Origin: Gemmatimonadales bacterium | GTDB taxonomy: Bacteria > Gemmatimonadota > Gemmatimonadetes > Gemmatimonadales > GWC2-71-9 | Direction of reading: 5' to 3' | Length of the DNA stretch: 64,000 bases | NCBI GenBank assembly: GCA_041613315.1 | Contig: JBFJHJ010000008.1 | Span: forward strand, 1-64,000 | Shown here: one piece after another, positions 41,082 to 51,696 of the stretch | Layout: every line of letters starts with the position of its first letter | Position numbering within the stretch: the stretch's first letter is position 1 | Notes under the pieces: model-generated | Databases searched by the model: none | What the model was told of the DNA's origin: nothing | What the model saw: only the letters and a program-made list of their open reading frames with translations | Made by a program: the position numbers and the translations under genes

Positions 41082-42446
41082 ATGATTGCGACAATCCTAG
41101 CAGCGCTTGTGCTCACCCCGGTGGTCGCCGAGGGCAGCGCCGCACCGGCGGCGGTTCTGCGGCGTGCCCTGGCGGAGCACAATGTGTCCATCGTCGTGTG
41201 GACCGATCAGTCGGACATCTACCGCCGCGGCGAGCGGGTGAGGGTCTACTTCAAGGCGGAGACGGATGCCTACGTCACGATCCTCCGCGTGGACACCGAC
41301 GGTCGCGTGCGGGTGCTGTTCCCCGGGCGTCCCTGGGACGACAATTACGTCCGGGGCGGCCGCCGCTACGAGGTGCGGAGTCCCTACGGCGACCGCGGCC
41401 GGTACGCCTTCACGGCAGACGACTACCCCGGGCAAGGGTACCTGTTCGCGGTCGCGAGCATCGAGCCGTTCGCGTACCACGCGTTCGTCTCGAACGGCCG
41501 GTGGGACTACTACCAGGTCGGACACCGCGGTCGGATCACCGGCGATCCGTACGTGGCGCTGACCGATCTGATCGACCGGCTCGTGCCGCTGGGCTACGAC
41601 GACTACGGCTATGACATCTACCCGTACGACGTGGAACACCGCTACGAGTATCCCCGGTTCCTGTGCTACGACTGTCACGGGTACCGCGCCTACCCGGCGT
41701 GGGATCCCTACCGGCACTGGTGCGCAACGTTCCGGATCGTGATCTACGACGATCCCTATCCCATCTATCCGTACACCGGCCGGGTGTACGGTCCGACGCG
41801 GGTCGTCTATCGGCGCCCCGTGCGACTCGAGCCACGGTTTGTGTTCGAGCCGCGCACGACCGGGACCCCGTATGTCACGCGGGCGCACCGGCCGGCCGAT
41901 GGACGGACGGGCGGTCAGGGTGAGACTCGGGGCAGCGGCCGCGTGCGGACTCCGGCCGCAGAGCACCCCACACCCGTGCGGGAGCGCGAGCCGGCGGGCC
42001 GCGTGCCGGCGCCTCGCGTGCAACCGCCCTCCAGCCGTTCGGGGGCGGAGCCCGCGGCACCGGAGCCTCGCCGGCGTGCGCCGGCGGAGACCACGCCGCG
42101 GCGCGAGACGTCAGACGACGAGAGCTGGTCGCGGCCGCAGCTCGAGCGGCGTCAGCCCCGTGAGATCGACCGCGTGCCGGTACGCGACCCGAGCGTGCAG
42201 CCGGTCGAGCCGGCCCGGCGCGACGAGCGGCCGGAGGCGCGGCGACCCACACCGGACCGTGAGCCGGCGGCACGGGCCGATTCGACACGGTCCGCCGGGC
42301 CGGCCAACCCCGTGAGGGCGGTCCCCGGCCGCCGTCCGGCCCCGCAGGCGGGTAAGACGCCGGACCGACGGCCGGCGCCGGAGAAGAAGCCGGAGAAGGA
42401 CGACAAGAAGAAGGAAAAAGAAAAGGAAAAGGACAAGAAGCCCTAG
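41082..42446 (+). CDS. DUF4384-domain exported protein with a CxxCH motif and a disordered Pro/Arg-rich tail
   Basis: YRRGERVRVYF..DAYVTIL.VD.DG.V.VLFP, CYDCH, and a GGAGG RBS. Confidence 0.8.
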   Translation: MIATILAALVLTPVVAEGSAAPAAVLRRALAEHNVSIVVWTDQSDIYRRGERVRVYFKAETDAYVTILRVDTDGRVRVLFPGRPWDDNYVRGGRRYEVRSPYGDRGRYAFTADDYPGQGYLFAVASIEPFAYHAFVSNGRWDYYQVGHRGRITGDPYVALTDLIDRLVPLGYDDYGYDIYPYDVEHRYEYPRFLCYDCHGYRAYPAWDPYRHWCATFRIVIYDDPYPIYPYTGRVYGPTRVVYRRPVRLEPRFVFEPRTTGTPYVTRAHRPADGRTGGQGETRGSGRVRTPAAEHPTPVREREPAGRVPAPRVQPPSSRSGAEPAAPEPRRRAPAETTPRRETSDDESWSRPQLERRQPREIDRVPVRDPSVQPVEPARRDERPEARRPTPDREPAARADSTRSAGPANPVRAVPGRRPAPQAGKTPDRRPAPEKKPEKDDKKKEKEKEKDKKP

Positions 42447-42666
42447 CTGGGGTGCGGCGCTCCCCCTGCTGACCATGCGACGCCGTTGTTCCCGATGCCG
42501 TTCCGCCTCCTGTCTCCCGCGGCGGGTGGCATCACGGAATGACGGCGTCGCGGCTGGTGGTCGTCGACCTCCCGCCCCGCACCCGTCCGGCGTTCCCGGG
42601 TACTATCTTTCGCGACTGCCACGCTGCTGGTGTTCGATTCGTTCCGTCGGCTAGAGGAGCTCGTCC

Positions 42667-44175
42667 ATGCGTCTGTCCCCGCTCGTGCTCGCCCTCGTGT
42701 TTCCCGCCGCGCTCGCCGCCCAAGATGGCGCCGCCCGCGCCGCAGCCTCCATCACGCCCGACGATCTGCTGCGGCGCCTCGGCGTGATCGCCGATGACTC
42801 GATGGGGGGCCGCGACACTCCGAGTCCCGGCCTCGAGGCAACGGCACAGTACATCGCTACGGAGTTCCGGCGGGTCGGCTTGAAGCCCGGGGGGGACGCC
42901 GGCGCGTACCTCCAGCGCTTTCCGCTCTATCGCATCAAGCTGGATGTCGCGAGTTCGGGGGTCGCGGTGACCGGCGGCCCCACTTGGACGTTCGGTACGG
43001 ACGCGGCGCGCTTCACCGGAAGCGGGAGCCGGGCCGGGCGGGCGGTGGTCGTCTGGGGCGCTCCGGCGACCGCCGACGAGATGGCGTCACTCCCCCTCAG
43101 GGGCGCGGTCGTGCTCATCGTCGCGCCGATGACGCCGCAGGGCAGGTTCCAGCCCGCCCTCCAGACCTTGTTCGAGGGGGCCGCCGCTCAGGAACCTCAG
43201 GCGATCGTGCTCATCACCCAGCGGAGCGCCGCGGGCTGGAACGTGCGGGCGAGCCGCGAGGAGCGGCCCCGGCTCGCCCGCGGCTGGGAGTCCGACGACG
43301 GCACACCGATCATCGAGGTGCGCGGCGACGCCGCGGCTCCCGTGCTCGCGCGGCACGGTGTGGACCTGTCCGAGCTCCGCGCCCGCGCCGACGCCCCGGT
43401 CGGGGCGCGCGCGTTGCCCGATCTCGAGGTGTCGCTACGCGTCGCCATGGACACCGTCGAACGTTTCTCGGCGCCGAACACGGTGGGGATCCTGGAGGGG
43501 AGTGATCCCGCCCTCAAGAACCAGTACGTGGTCTACAGCGCGCACATGGATCACGTGGGCATCGGCCGGCCGGAGAACGGGGACAGCATCTACAATGGTG
43601 CCGACGACGACGCGTCGGGGACGGTGGCGGTGGCAGAACTGGCCGAAGCGTTCGCGATGCTGCGTCCGCGCCCCAAGCGGTCCATCATTTTTCTCACGGT
43701 GAGCGGCGAGGAGAAGGGGCTCTGGGGCAGCGACTATTTCACGAGCCGCCCGCCGGTGCCGATCGAACAACTCGTGGCGAACCTCAACATCGACATGATC
43801 GGCCGCAACTGGACCGACACCGTCGTGGCGATCGGCAAGGAGCACTCGGACCTGGGAGCGACGCTCAACCGGGTGGCGGCGGCGCACCCCGAGCTGCGCA
43901 TGACGCCGATCGACGACATCTGGCCGGGTGAGCGGTTCTACTTCCGCTCGGACCACTATAACTTCGCGCGCCGCGGGGTGCCGATCCTCTTCTTCTTCAC
44001 CGGCACCCACGAGGACTACCACAAGCCCGGCGACGAAGTCGGCAAGATCGACGTCGAGAAGCAGTCACGGATCGTGAGGTTGCTGTTCTATCTCGGGCTG
44101 GAGGTCGCGGACGCGCGCGAGCGGCCGCGATGGGATCCTGCGAGCTACGCGGAGATCGTGACGGAAGGTCGGTAG
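42667..44175 (+). CDS. M28-family aminopeptidase
   Basis: SAHMDH, NGADDDASG, GEEKGL, NIDMIG and SDH...YH. Confidence 0.92.
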   Translation: MRLSPLVLALVFPAALAAQDGAARAAASITPDDLLRRLGVIADDSMGGRDTPSPGLEATAQYIATEFRRVGLKPGGDAGAYLQRFPLYRIKLDVASSGVAVTGGPTWTFGTDAARFTGSGSRAGRAVVVWGAPATADEMASLPLRGAVVLIVAPMTPQGRFQPALQTLFEGAAAQEPQAIVLITQRSAAGWNVRASREERPRLARGWESDDGTPIIEVRGDAAAPVLARHGVDLSELRARADAPVGARALPDLEVSLRVAMDTVERFSAPNTVGILEGSDPALKNQYVVYSAHMDHVGIGRPENGDSIYNGADDDASGTVAVAELAEAFAMLRPRPKRSIIFLTVSGEEKGLWGSDYFTSRPPVPIEQLVANLNIDMIGRNWTDTVVAIGKEHSDLGATLNRVAAAHPELRMTPIDDIWPGERFYFRSDHYNFARRGVPILFFFTGTHEDYHKPGDEVGKIDVEKQSRIVRLLFYLGLEVADARERPRWDPASYAEIVTEGR

Positions 44176-44235
44176 GGGCGTCGGAGTTCCGGGGTCCGGG
44201 GTCCGGCGTTCCCAGACCCCGGACCCGCACGCCAC

Positions 44236-44910
44236 CTACCCCGTCGCCTCGTACGGATCTTCCTTGCGCAACCCGCCGGCCCGCGCGATCCGAAACGCGG
44301 TAAAGACGGCCAGCGCAAAGAACACGATGTCGAGCAGGCCGAAGGTTCCGACGAACCCGGCTCTCGACATCGCGTTGCGCAGCTCGGCGGCAGACGCCTG
44401 GATCTGCGCCTCGAGCCCGGCCCGAAACGCCAACTGGTCTTCCGCGCGCATCCGGTTCCAGCGCGCCAGCGCCTCCGCCCAGATGGCCGGCGGATAATCC
44501 GCCTCCTCGGCCGGCTGGAGCGAATCCGCGCCCGCAGGCCACACTACGGCCCGGCCAGCGTCCCCATACTCGGCGACGACCTCGTCGGCGACATACGAGA
44601 CGAGGAGCTCGGTGTCGTCGAGGCTCGCGACGGCATTCGACACCAATTCCGTCTCGTTGGGCAGCATCAGCTGCACGGTCGCGTATTTCCCGACCACGAC
44701 CGAGCCCGCCGCGAGCGCTGCCGCGAGGACGCCCGCCGGCAGGGACCCCTCCCCCTCATTGCCGACTGCGACACCCACACCCACCGCCAGCCCGACACCC
44801 CACGCGATCCAGCCGATTTCCATGTTGGCGAGATACGCGATCGCGGCCCACAGGGCGGCACCGGCCGCACCGGCGAGCGCGCCATACAGCATGGCATGCA
44901 TGCGATACAT
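44236..44910 (-). CDS. Hypothetical membrane protein
   Basis: Three N-terminal Gly/Ala-rich TM helices and one C-terminal TM. Confidence 0.7.
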   Translation of the reverse strand: MYRMHAMLYGALAGAAGAALWAAIAYLANMEIGWIAWGVGLAVGVGVAVGNEGEGSLPAGVLAAALAAGSVVVGKYATVQLMLPNETELVSNAVASLDDTELLVSYVADEVVAEYGDAGRAVVWPAGADSLQPAEEADYPPAIWAEALARWNRMRAEDQLAFRAGLEAQIQASAAELRNAMSRAGFVGTFGLLDIVFFALAVFTAFRIARAGGLRKEDPYEATG

Positions 44911-44988
44911 CGTCGCCCCCTTACGGTTCAGCGCCGTCGCCCGCTCGTGGGCGGCCCGACGGCACCGGCAGTGGGGCGCAAGGTAGGG

Positions 44989-45215
44989 CGACCGATGACC
45001 GGCGACCGTGCAGTGGATCACACAGGCGGTCGGACGGTAGGGCGGTCAGGCGGTCTTGCGCTCCGCAGCTGCCCATCCCGCCTGCGGCACACACGGTGGA
45101 ACTCACGGTCGTTCGGCCTCGCCGGCTGGCCGTCCGACGCTCCTATCGCCTAACCCTGCTACCACCTTGCTCTACCTGCCCGTCTGCCCGCCCGTCCGTC
45201 TGTCCGCCGGTCCGG
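44989..45215. repeat. Cluster of 7/8-mer tandem repeats in both orientations upstream of lepA
   Basis: GACCGAT/GACCGGC/GACCGTG; GGCGGTCG-type x4 (45025-45056); complementary CCGTCYG-type arrays near 45176-45215. Confidence 0.6.
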
Positions 45216-45254
45216 CCCGAGAAGGGAAGGGTGGCCGGGTTATATTGATTGCCC

Positions 45255-47051
45255 ATGCGCCAGGACCGCATTCGCAATTTCTGCATTGTCGCGCACATCG
45301 ATCATGGGAAGTCCACGCTCGCGGACCGCCTGATCGAGGCCACGGGCACGCTCGAGAAACGCCAGATGCGCGACCAGGTCCTGGACACCATGGACCTCGA
45401 ACGGGAGCGCGGCATCACCATCAAGCTCAACGCGGTACGCATGCACCATCGGGCGGCGGACGGCGAGCTCTACGAGTTGAACTTGATCGACACGCCCGGG
45501 CACGTGGACTTCACTTACGAGGTGTCCCGCTCGCTCAACGCCTGCGAGGGTGCGATCCTGGTGGTGGATGCCAGCCAGGGCATCGAGGCGCAGACGCTGA
45601 GCAACCTCTTCCTGGCGATGGACGCGAACCTCGAGATCCTCCCGGTGCTCAACAAGATCGATCTGCCGGCGGCCGAGCCGGAGCGCCGGGCGGCCGAGTT
45701 GGCCGAGTTGATCGGGGCGGGCGACGGCGAGATTCTCCACGTGTCGGCGAAGGAAGGGACGGGGATCCCGGCGCTCCTCGAGGCGATCGTGCAGCGCGTC
45801 CCGCCCCCGGCGGGCGACCCCGAGGCGCCGCTCCGGGCGCTGATCTTCGATTCCTACTACGACCGTTATCGCGGCGCGATCCCCTCGATCCGCGTGGTGG
45901 ACGGCCGGATCCGCAAGGGCACGGCGATCGCGTTCGGCACGCACGCCGACGACCGCTACGAGGTGGCCGAGGTCGGGTACCTCCAGCTGGGCCAGCGACC
46001 GACCGGCGAGCTCGAGGCCGGCGAGGTCGGCTACGTCGTGGCGAACGTCCGCGGCGTGCAAGACACGCGCGTCGGCGATACCGTGCTCGACGCCGACCGC
46101 CCGGCCACCACGATGCTCCCGGGCTACCGCGAAGTGCACGCGATGGTCTTCGCGGGGCTCTACCCGACCGACGCGGGTCAGTACGAGGAGCTGCGGGACG
46201 CCCTCGCGAAGCTGCAACTCAACGACGCCGCGTTGTTGTACGAGCCGGAGACGTCCGTGGCCCTGGGATTCGGCTTTCGGTGCGGCTTCCTCGGGCTGCT
46301 CCACCTGGACATCGTCCGCGAGCGCCTGGAGCGGGAGTTCAGCCTGGACCTCATCACGACCGTGCCCAACGTGGAGTACCACGTGTACCGCACGGACGGC
46401 ACCATGGAGCTGATCGAGAACCCCACGCGCATGCCCACCGGCTCCGGGATCGACCGCGTGGAGGAGCCCTACGTCCGGGCGCGCGTCACGGCGCCAGCCG
46501 ACTACATCGGGGTGATCATGAACCTGGGGCAGGAGCGGCGGGGGGAGTACCTGGGGATGCACTACCTGGACCCGTCGCGGGTCCAGTTCGAGTGGGAGTT
46601 CCCGCTGGCGGAGATCGTGCTCGACTTCTACGATCGCCTGAAGACCGTGACCCGCGGCTACGCGGCGCTGGACTACGAGTTCGCCCGCTACCGGCCGAAC
46701 AACCTCGTCAAGCTGGACATGCTGATCAACGGCGATTCGGTGGACGCCTTCAGCGTGATCATTCACCGCGACAAGTCTTACGAGTGGGGCAAGAAGGTCG
46801 CGGAGAAGCTCCGCGAGCTGATCCCCCGCCAACTCTTCGAGGTGGTGATCCAGGCCGCCGTCGGCTCCAAGATCATCGCCCGGGAGACGATCCGGCCGCT
46901 GCGAAAGAACGTCACCGCCAAGTGCTACGGCGGCGACGTGACCCGGAAGCGCAAGCTCCTGGAAAAGCAGAAAGAAGGAAAGAAACGCATGAAGCAGGTG
47001 GGGTCCGTGGAGATCCCGCAGGAAGCGTTTCTGGCCGTGTTGCAGGTGTGA
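45255..47051 (+). CDS. lepA: Elongation factor 4
   Basis: [30 protein letters not shown] and [18 protein letters not shown]. Confidence 0.98.
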   Translation: MRQDRIRNFCIVAHIDHGKSTLADRLIEATGTLEKRQMRDQVLDTMDLERERGITIKLNAVRMHHRAADGELYELNLIDTPGHVDFTYEVSRSLNACEGAILVVDASQGIEAQTLSNLFLAMDANLEILPVLNKIDLPAAEPERRAAELAELIGAGDGEILHVSAKEGTGIPALLEAIVQRVPPPAGDPEAPLRALIFDSYYDRYRGAIPSIRVVDGRIRKGTAIAFGTHADDRYEVAEVGYLQLGQRPTGELEAGEVGYVVANVRGVQDTRVGDTVLDADRPATTMLPGYREVHAMVFAGLYPTDAGQYEELRDALAKLQLNDAALLYEPETSVALGFGFRCGFLGLLHLDIVRERLEREFSLDLITTVPNVEYHVYRTDGTMELIENPTRMPTGSGIDRVEEPYVRARVTAPADYIGVIMNLGQERRGEYLGMHYLDPSRVQFEWEFPLAEIVLDFYDRLKTVTRGYAALDYEFARYRPNNLVKLDMLINGDSVDAFSVIIHRDKSYEWGKKVAEKLRELIPRQLFEVVIQAAVGSKIIARETIRPLRKNVTAKCYGGDVTRKRKLLEKQKEGKKRMKQVGSVEIPQEAFLAVLQV

Positions 47052-47156
47052 CACACTCGGCGCAGTCCGCCACGCGCGGGGCGCACCCCGGACGGCTGAG
47101 GACACCCGACGCCCCACGGCGTTGGGTCGGGCAACGGGCATCGGACAACTGAGATC

Positions 47157-48164
47157 ATGAACCCGCAAAGCGGCTCGACGAACATGAAGCTCATCGTGGG
47201 CGTCGACGTCGGCGGCACCAACGTCGTGGTGGGGACCGTGCCGGTCGACGGTAGCGCGGTCTACGGACTGCTGAGCGAGCCGACGCGCGCGACGGACGGC
47301 GCGGACGGCGTCGTCCGGCAGATCGGCGGCCTCGTCGCCCGATCCTTGGACGCGACGCGGGAGGAAGCGACCGGAAAGCCGGACGTGATCGGCGTGGGCA
47401 TCGGGGCGCCGGGCCCAATCGACACCTCGAGCGGCGTCGTGCACCTCACCCCCAACCTGGGCTGGCGCGATTTCCCCCTGCGCGATCGGGTGAGCGCAGC
47501 CGTCGGGCTCCCCGCGTCCCTCGACAATGACGCGAACTGCGCCGTCCTCGGCGAGTGGTGGCGCGGCGCGGCGCAGGGGGGCTCCGTCGTCATCGGCTTC
47601 ACGATCGGCACCGGCATCGGCGGCGGCATCGTCCTGGACGGGAAGATCTTCCACGGCGCGACCGACGTCGCCGGCGAGTTCGGCCACATGACGATTGACT
47701 CCACCGGCCGGCGCTGCAAGTGCGGGAACTACGGCTGTCTGGAGGCGTATGCCTCCGGCCCCGCGATCGCCGCCCGGGCGGTCGAGGGTGTGGAGAGCGG
47801 GGTCTCCACCCGGCTGGCCGACTATGTGCAGCAGGATCTCCGGGCCATCACCGCCCAGGTGGTCTACCAAGCGGCGCGCGACGGCGACGAATACGCCCGC
47901 GAGGTCATTCGGGACACCGCGCGCTTCCTGGGTGCCGGCGTCGCGAACCTGGTGAACATCTTCAATCCGGAGATCGTGGTCGTCATGGGCGGCGTCACGC
48001 TGGCCGGCGAGCGGCTGTTCGTCCCCCTCATCGAGGAAGTACGTCGCCGGGCGTTCCGGCCCGCCGTGGAGGCGTGCCGGATCGTGCCGGGCACGCTCAC
48101 CGGGAGCGCCGGCGTCTATGGGGCCGTCGCTGCCTTCCAGGCGCAGCACGGGATGGGACCGTGA
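47157..48164 (+). CDS. ROK-family glucokinase-like sugar kinase
   Basis: GVDVGGT, NDAN, GTGIGGG, GEFGH and CKCGNYGCLE. An alternative start exists at 47184. Confidence 0.92.
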   Translation: MNPQSGSTNMKLIVGVDVGGTNVVVGTVPVDGSAVYGLLSEPTRATDGADGVVRQIGGLVARSLDATREEATGKPDVIGVGIGAPGPIDTSSGVVHLTPNLGWRDFPLRDRVSAAVGLPASLDNDANCAVLGEWWRGAAQGGSVVIGFTIGTGIGGGIVLDGKIFHGATDVAGEFGHMTIDSTGRRCKCGNYGCLEAYASGPAIAARAVEGVESGVSTRLADYVQQDLRAITAQVVYQAARDGDEYAREVIRDTARFLGAGVANLVNIFNPEIVVVMGGVTLAGERLFVPLIEEVRRRAFRPAVEACRIVPGTLTGSAGVYGAVAAFQAQHGMGP

Positions 48165-49111
48165 AACGGCTGGGCGTCGTCGGGACCATGGTGTGGGATA
48201 CGATCCACCGGGGTGCCGCGGCGCCGACGGACGAATGGGGCGGGATCGCCTACTCGCTGGCGGCGCTGGAAGCGGGCCTGCCGCCGGAGTGGGCCATCGT
48301 GCCCCTCATCAAGGTGGGGCGTGACCTCGGCCCGCAGGCCAACGCGTTCCTGCGCGGCCTCACCCGCCGCGCCGGTGCCGCGCGCTTCGTGGAGGTCCCC
48401 CAGCCCAACAACCGGGTGACGCTCCACTACTCCGGGCCCGTACGCCGCTGCGAGCGGCTGACCGGCGGCGTGCCTCCCTGGTCGTGGACCGAGCTGGGCC
48501 CCATGGTCCGGGACCTCGACGCCCTGTACGTGAACTTCATCTCGGGCTTCGAGTTCGACGTGGAGACCGCCGCGCTGCTGCGCCGCGGCTTCCCCGGTCC
48601 GATCTACGCCGACCTGCACAGTCTCTTCCTGGGTGTCGCGCCGGACGGGATGCGCGTGCCACAGCCGCTCGACCGCGTGGCCGAGTGGTTCGCCTGCTTC
48701 GACGCCGTGCAGCTCAATGAAGACGAATTGGCGCTCATCGGCGGCGACCCGATGGCAGTGGCGGCCCGCGCGGTGGCGCAGGGCGTGCGGCTCATGATCG
48801 TCACCGTGGGCGAGCGGGGCGCGGTGTATTTCACGGTCCCCCCGTTTCGGTTTCTCGCAGGGCGGTCGGACGCCGCCGCCACCGGCGGGACGATCCGGAC
48901 GGCGCGCATCCCGCCCACGACGGCGGCCGTGCCGGAGGACCCGACGGGCTGCGGTGACGTGTTCGGGGGAACGCTGGTCGCGGAGCTCATCCGGGGGCAC
49001 GACGTGGAAACCGCTATCCGCGCGGCCAACCACGCCGCGGGACGCAACGTCACGTACCGCGGCGCCACGAACCTGCAGTACCACTTGCGGGGCGAGATCG
49101 TGCCGCGATGA
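48161..49111 (+). CDS. PfkB-family carbohydrate kinase
   Basis: NEDE, VTVGERG and DPTGCGDVF. Confidence 0.88.
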   Translation: MKRLGVVGTMVWDTIHRGAAAPTDEWGGIAYSLAALEAGLPPEWAIVPLIKVGRDLGPQANAFLRGLTRRAGAARFVEVPQPNNRVTLHYSGPVRRCERLTGGVPPWSWTELGPMVRDLDALYVNFISGFEFDVETAALLRRGFPGPIYADLHSLFLGVAPDGMRVPQPLDRVAEWFACFDAVQLNEDELALIGGDPMAVAARAVAQGVRLMIVTVGERGAVYFTVPPFRFLAGRSDAAATGGTIRTARIPPTTAAVPEDPTGCGDVFGGTLVAELIRGHDVETAIRAANHAAGRNVTYRGATNLQYHLRGEIVPR

Positions 49112-49998
49112 CGCGCATCGTGGAGGTCCCCGTCAGCTTCGACGACCGGTCGTTCGACCAGTTCGCCAAGTCGATGGGCCAACCGGGGAACGGCCGCCTG
49201 CTGTTCGACGCGCATGCGAACAAGTGGGCGTCTCCCTACGGGCTCGTGAACCTGCTGGCCGCCGGGCAGGCGGCGGCCGAGCACGGAGAACGGCCGCTCC
49301 TCACGATCCCCGACGACCGGGATGTGGCGCACTACTGGGCGCGCGCGGGGTTCTTCGAGCTCGCGGGCCAGTGGTTCGAGGTGCATGGGCGCCCTCCGCG
49401 CGTCACCCTCACCCACTCGTCGGACGTGCTGCTCGAGATCACGCCGGTGCGAGGCACCGACGACGTGCACGGGGTGGTGAACCACATCCAGGACCGCGCG
49501 AGCGCCATCCTCTCGGGCGAGCTGGGCCTGCGAGCAACGGCCACCCTCGGCTTCGCTATGGCGCTTTCGGAGGCGTGCCAAAATATTGTAGAGCATGCCG
49601 GTACCTCCGGCTGGGTGGCCGTGCAGTCGTACACCTGGCGACGGCGGCTGGGACGCCGCGTGGTGGTGATCGCGGTGGCGGATGCCGGCGTCGGTTTTCG
49701 ACGATCCCTGGAGGGGACGCAGGCCAGCCGCTACGGCGACCGCTGGAGCGACGCCACCGCCCTCGAAGCGGCGCTGTTCCAGGGCGCGAGCCGCTACCGC
49801 GACCCGGGGCGGGGCCAGGGCCTCCAGGGCATCTCCCGGTATGTGAGCCGGTGGTCCGGCAAGCTCAGCGTGCGAAGCGGGGCGGCCCGCATTGCGGTTG
49901 TCCCGGCATGGGACGACGACGTGCCTCTGACCGACGGCCTGCCCCCGTTCCCGGGCAGCCAGGTGCTCATGATCATCCCGGCCCAGACCGCCGGATAA
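49108..49998 (+). CDS. STAS-like plus HATPase_c (GHKL) protein, anti-sigma/Ser-kinase-like
   Basis: SEACQNIVEHA (N box), VADAGVG (G1) and GRGQGL (G2). No HisKA domain. Confidence 0.8.
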   Translation: MTRIVEVPVSFDDRSFDQFAKSMGQPGNGRLLFDAHANKWASPYGLVNLLAAGQAAAEHGERPLLTIPDDRDVAHYWARAGFFELAGQWFEVHGRPPRVTLTHSSDVLLEITPVRGTDDVHGVVNHIQDRASAILSGELGLRATATLGFAMALSEACQNIVEHAGTSGWVAVQSYTWRRRLGRRVVVIAVADAGVGFRRSLEGTQASRYGDRWSDATALEAALFQGASRYRDPGRGQGLQGISRYVSRWSGKLSVRSGAARIAVVPAWDDDVPLTDGLPPFPGSQVLMIIPAQTAG

Positions 49999-50002
49999 GG
50001 CG

Positions 50003-50536
50003 ATGCGACGGATCGATCTCAAAACCATCCTGCAGCACACTGTCTCGAGTCTCTACGGCGACCTGGTCACCCGTCCCACCGGCCAGAAAGTGCGGAACGG
50101 GGTCGAACGGGAGCTGGCCTCTCTGGACGGCGAACAGGTCGTGGTGATCGACTTCGGCACCGTGCGCTGCCTCGACATCTCGTGCGCCGACGAGATCGTG
50201 GGCCGCATACTGCTCGATCACGGCCACGCCCGCACCATCGTGCTCCAGGGCGTCGACACGTCCCACTGCGATGCGATCGAGCAAGTGCTCGAGCGCCACC
50301 AGATCGCGGTGGTGGCGCGCGACCGGACCGGTCGGATCCGCGTGCTGGGCCCGGTCCAGGAGACGGCGCGGCGCGCCTTCGGCGAATTGACCCGACGCGG
50401 CGCGGCGGCGCCGGAGGAGTTGGCCGCGCGCCTCGAGGTGTCGCCGGACGTGGCGCGGCGCGCCCTGGCAGAGCTGCTGGCGCGGCGCCTCGTCCGGGCG
50501 TGCCATGACGGTGCGGTCGCTGTCTCGGCGCCATGA
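50003..50536 (+). CDS. STAS-like (DUF4325-like) plus winged-HTH protein
   Basis: LVTRPTG...VIDFGTVRCLDISCADE, with a C-terminal EELAARLEVS..VARRAL. Confidence 0.7.
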   Translation: MRRIDLKTILQHTVSSLYGDLVTRPTGQKVRNGVERELASLDGEQVVVIDFGTVRCLDISCADEIVGRILLDHGHARTIVLQGVDTSHCDAIEQVLERHQIAVVARDRTGRIRVLGPVQETARRAFGELTRRGAAAPEELAARLEVSPDVARRALAELLARRLVRACHDGAVAVSAP

Positions 50537-51696
50537 CGCAGCGTCCCTTCGGCCGCTCCACGACAGCGGTCCACGGGATCCCGCAGGCGGGGGCGGACCG
50601 CTCCCCGGTGGCCACGCCGATCTACCAGAGCACCACCTTCCGCAATCCGGTGGGCTCGACCGATGAGGTGCTCTACACCCGCTACGGCAACAACCCCAAC
50701 CAGATTCGCCTAGGCGAGAAGGTGGCGCGCCTGGAGGGGGCGGAGCGGGCGATCTTCACGGCCAGCGGGATGGGCGCCACGGCGCTCGCGCATCTCGCCA
50801 TCCTCCGGCCCGGCGACCACCTCTTGTCCAGCCAGTGGGTGTACGGCGGGACGCGGCGGCTCTTCGGCGAGGAGTTCGGCAAACTCGGCATCGAGGTCAC
50901 GTTCGTGGACCCGTCCGAGTCGCGCAACTGGCGGCGACACCTCACGAAGAACACGCGCGCGATCTTCCTCGAGACGCCGACCAACCCGCTCGTGCGGGTG
51001 ATCGATCTCGAGCCGCTGGCCTCCCTTTGCAGCGAGCAAGGCATCGCGCTGATCGTGGATTCGACGTTTGCGTCGCCCATCAACTTCCGGCCGCTCGAGC
51101 ACCGGGCCGACGTCGTGATCCACAGCGCCACCAAATACCTGAACGGGCACTCGGATGTGATCGGCGGCGCGGTGGCCGGCTCCGAGGCGGTGATTGAGGA
51201 GGTGCGCCGCCTGATGCAGGTGTGGGGCCAGTCCGCCGACCCGCACGCCACGTGGCTCGTGGAACGGGGGCTCAAGACCCTGGCGGTGCGCATGGAGCGT
51301 CACAATGCCAACGGGATGGCGTTTGCCCGTTGGGCGTGCGACCACCCCGCCGTGGCCGCGGTGCACTACCCCGGCCTCGAGACCCACCCCGACCACGAGC
51401 TGGCCGCCCGCGTGCTGGAGGGCTTCGGGGGGATGTTGGGGATCACCCTCGCCGGGGGCGCGGCGGCGACCGAGCCCGTGCTCCGGCGGCTGCGGCTCGC
51501 CACCCACGCGCCGAGCCTCGGCGGCGTCGAGACGCTCGTGTCCGAACCACGGTTCACGTCGCACGCGGGACTCTCCACCGAGGCGCGCGTGGCGGCGGGC
51601 ATCCCCGACGGCTTCCTGCGGGTCAGCCTCGGGATCGAGGACGTCGAGGACATCATCGCGGACTTCGACGCCGCGATGAGCGCGCACTCGCCGTGA
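50533..51696 (+). CDS. Cys/Met metabolism PLP enzyme (cystathionine gamma-synthase/lyase family)
   Basis: YTRYGN, SGMGA, ETPTNP, DSTF and HSATKYLNGHSD. Confidence 0.92.
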   Translation: MTQRPFGRSTTAVHGIPQAGADRSPVATPIYQSTTFRNPVGSTDEVLYTRYGNNPNQIRLGEKVARLEGAERAIFTASGMGATALAHLAILRPGDHLLSSQWVYGGTRRLFGEEFGKLGIEVTFVDPSESRNWRRHLTKNTRAIFLETPTNPLVRVIDLEPLASLCSEQGIALIVDSTFASPINFRPLEHRADVVIHSATKYLNGHSDVIGGAVAGSEAVIEEVRRLMQVWGQSADPHATWLVERGLKTLAVRMERHNANGMAFARWACDHPAVAAVHYPGLETHPDHELAARVLEGFGGMLGITLAGGAAATEPVLRRLRLATHAPSLGGVETLVSEPRFTSHAGLSTEARVAAGIPDGFLRVSLGIEDVEDIIADFDAAMSAHSP

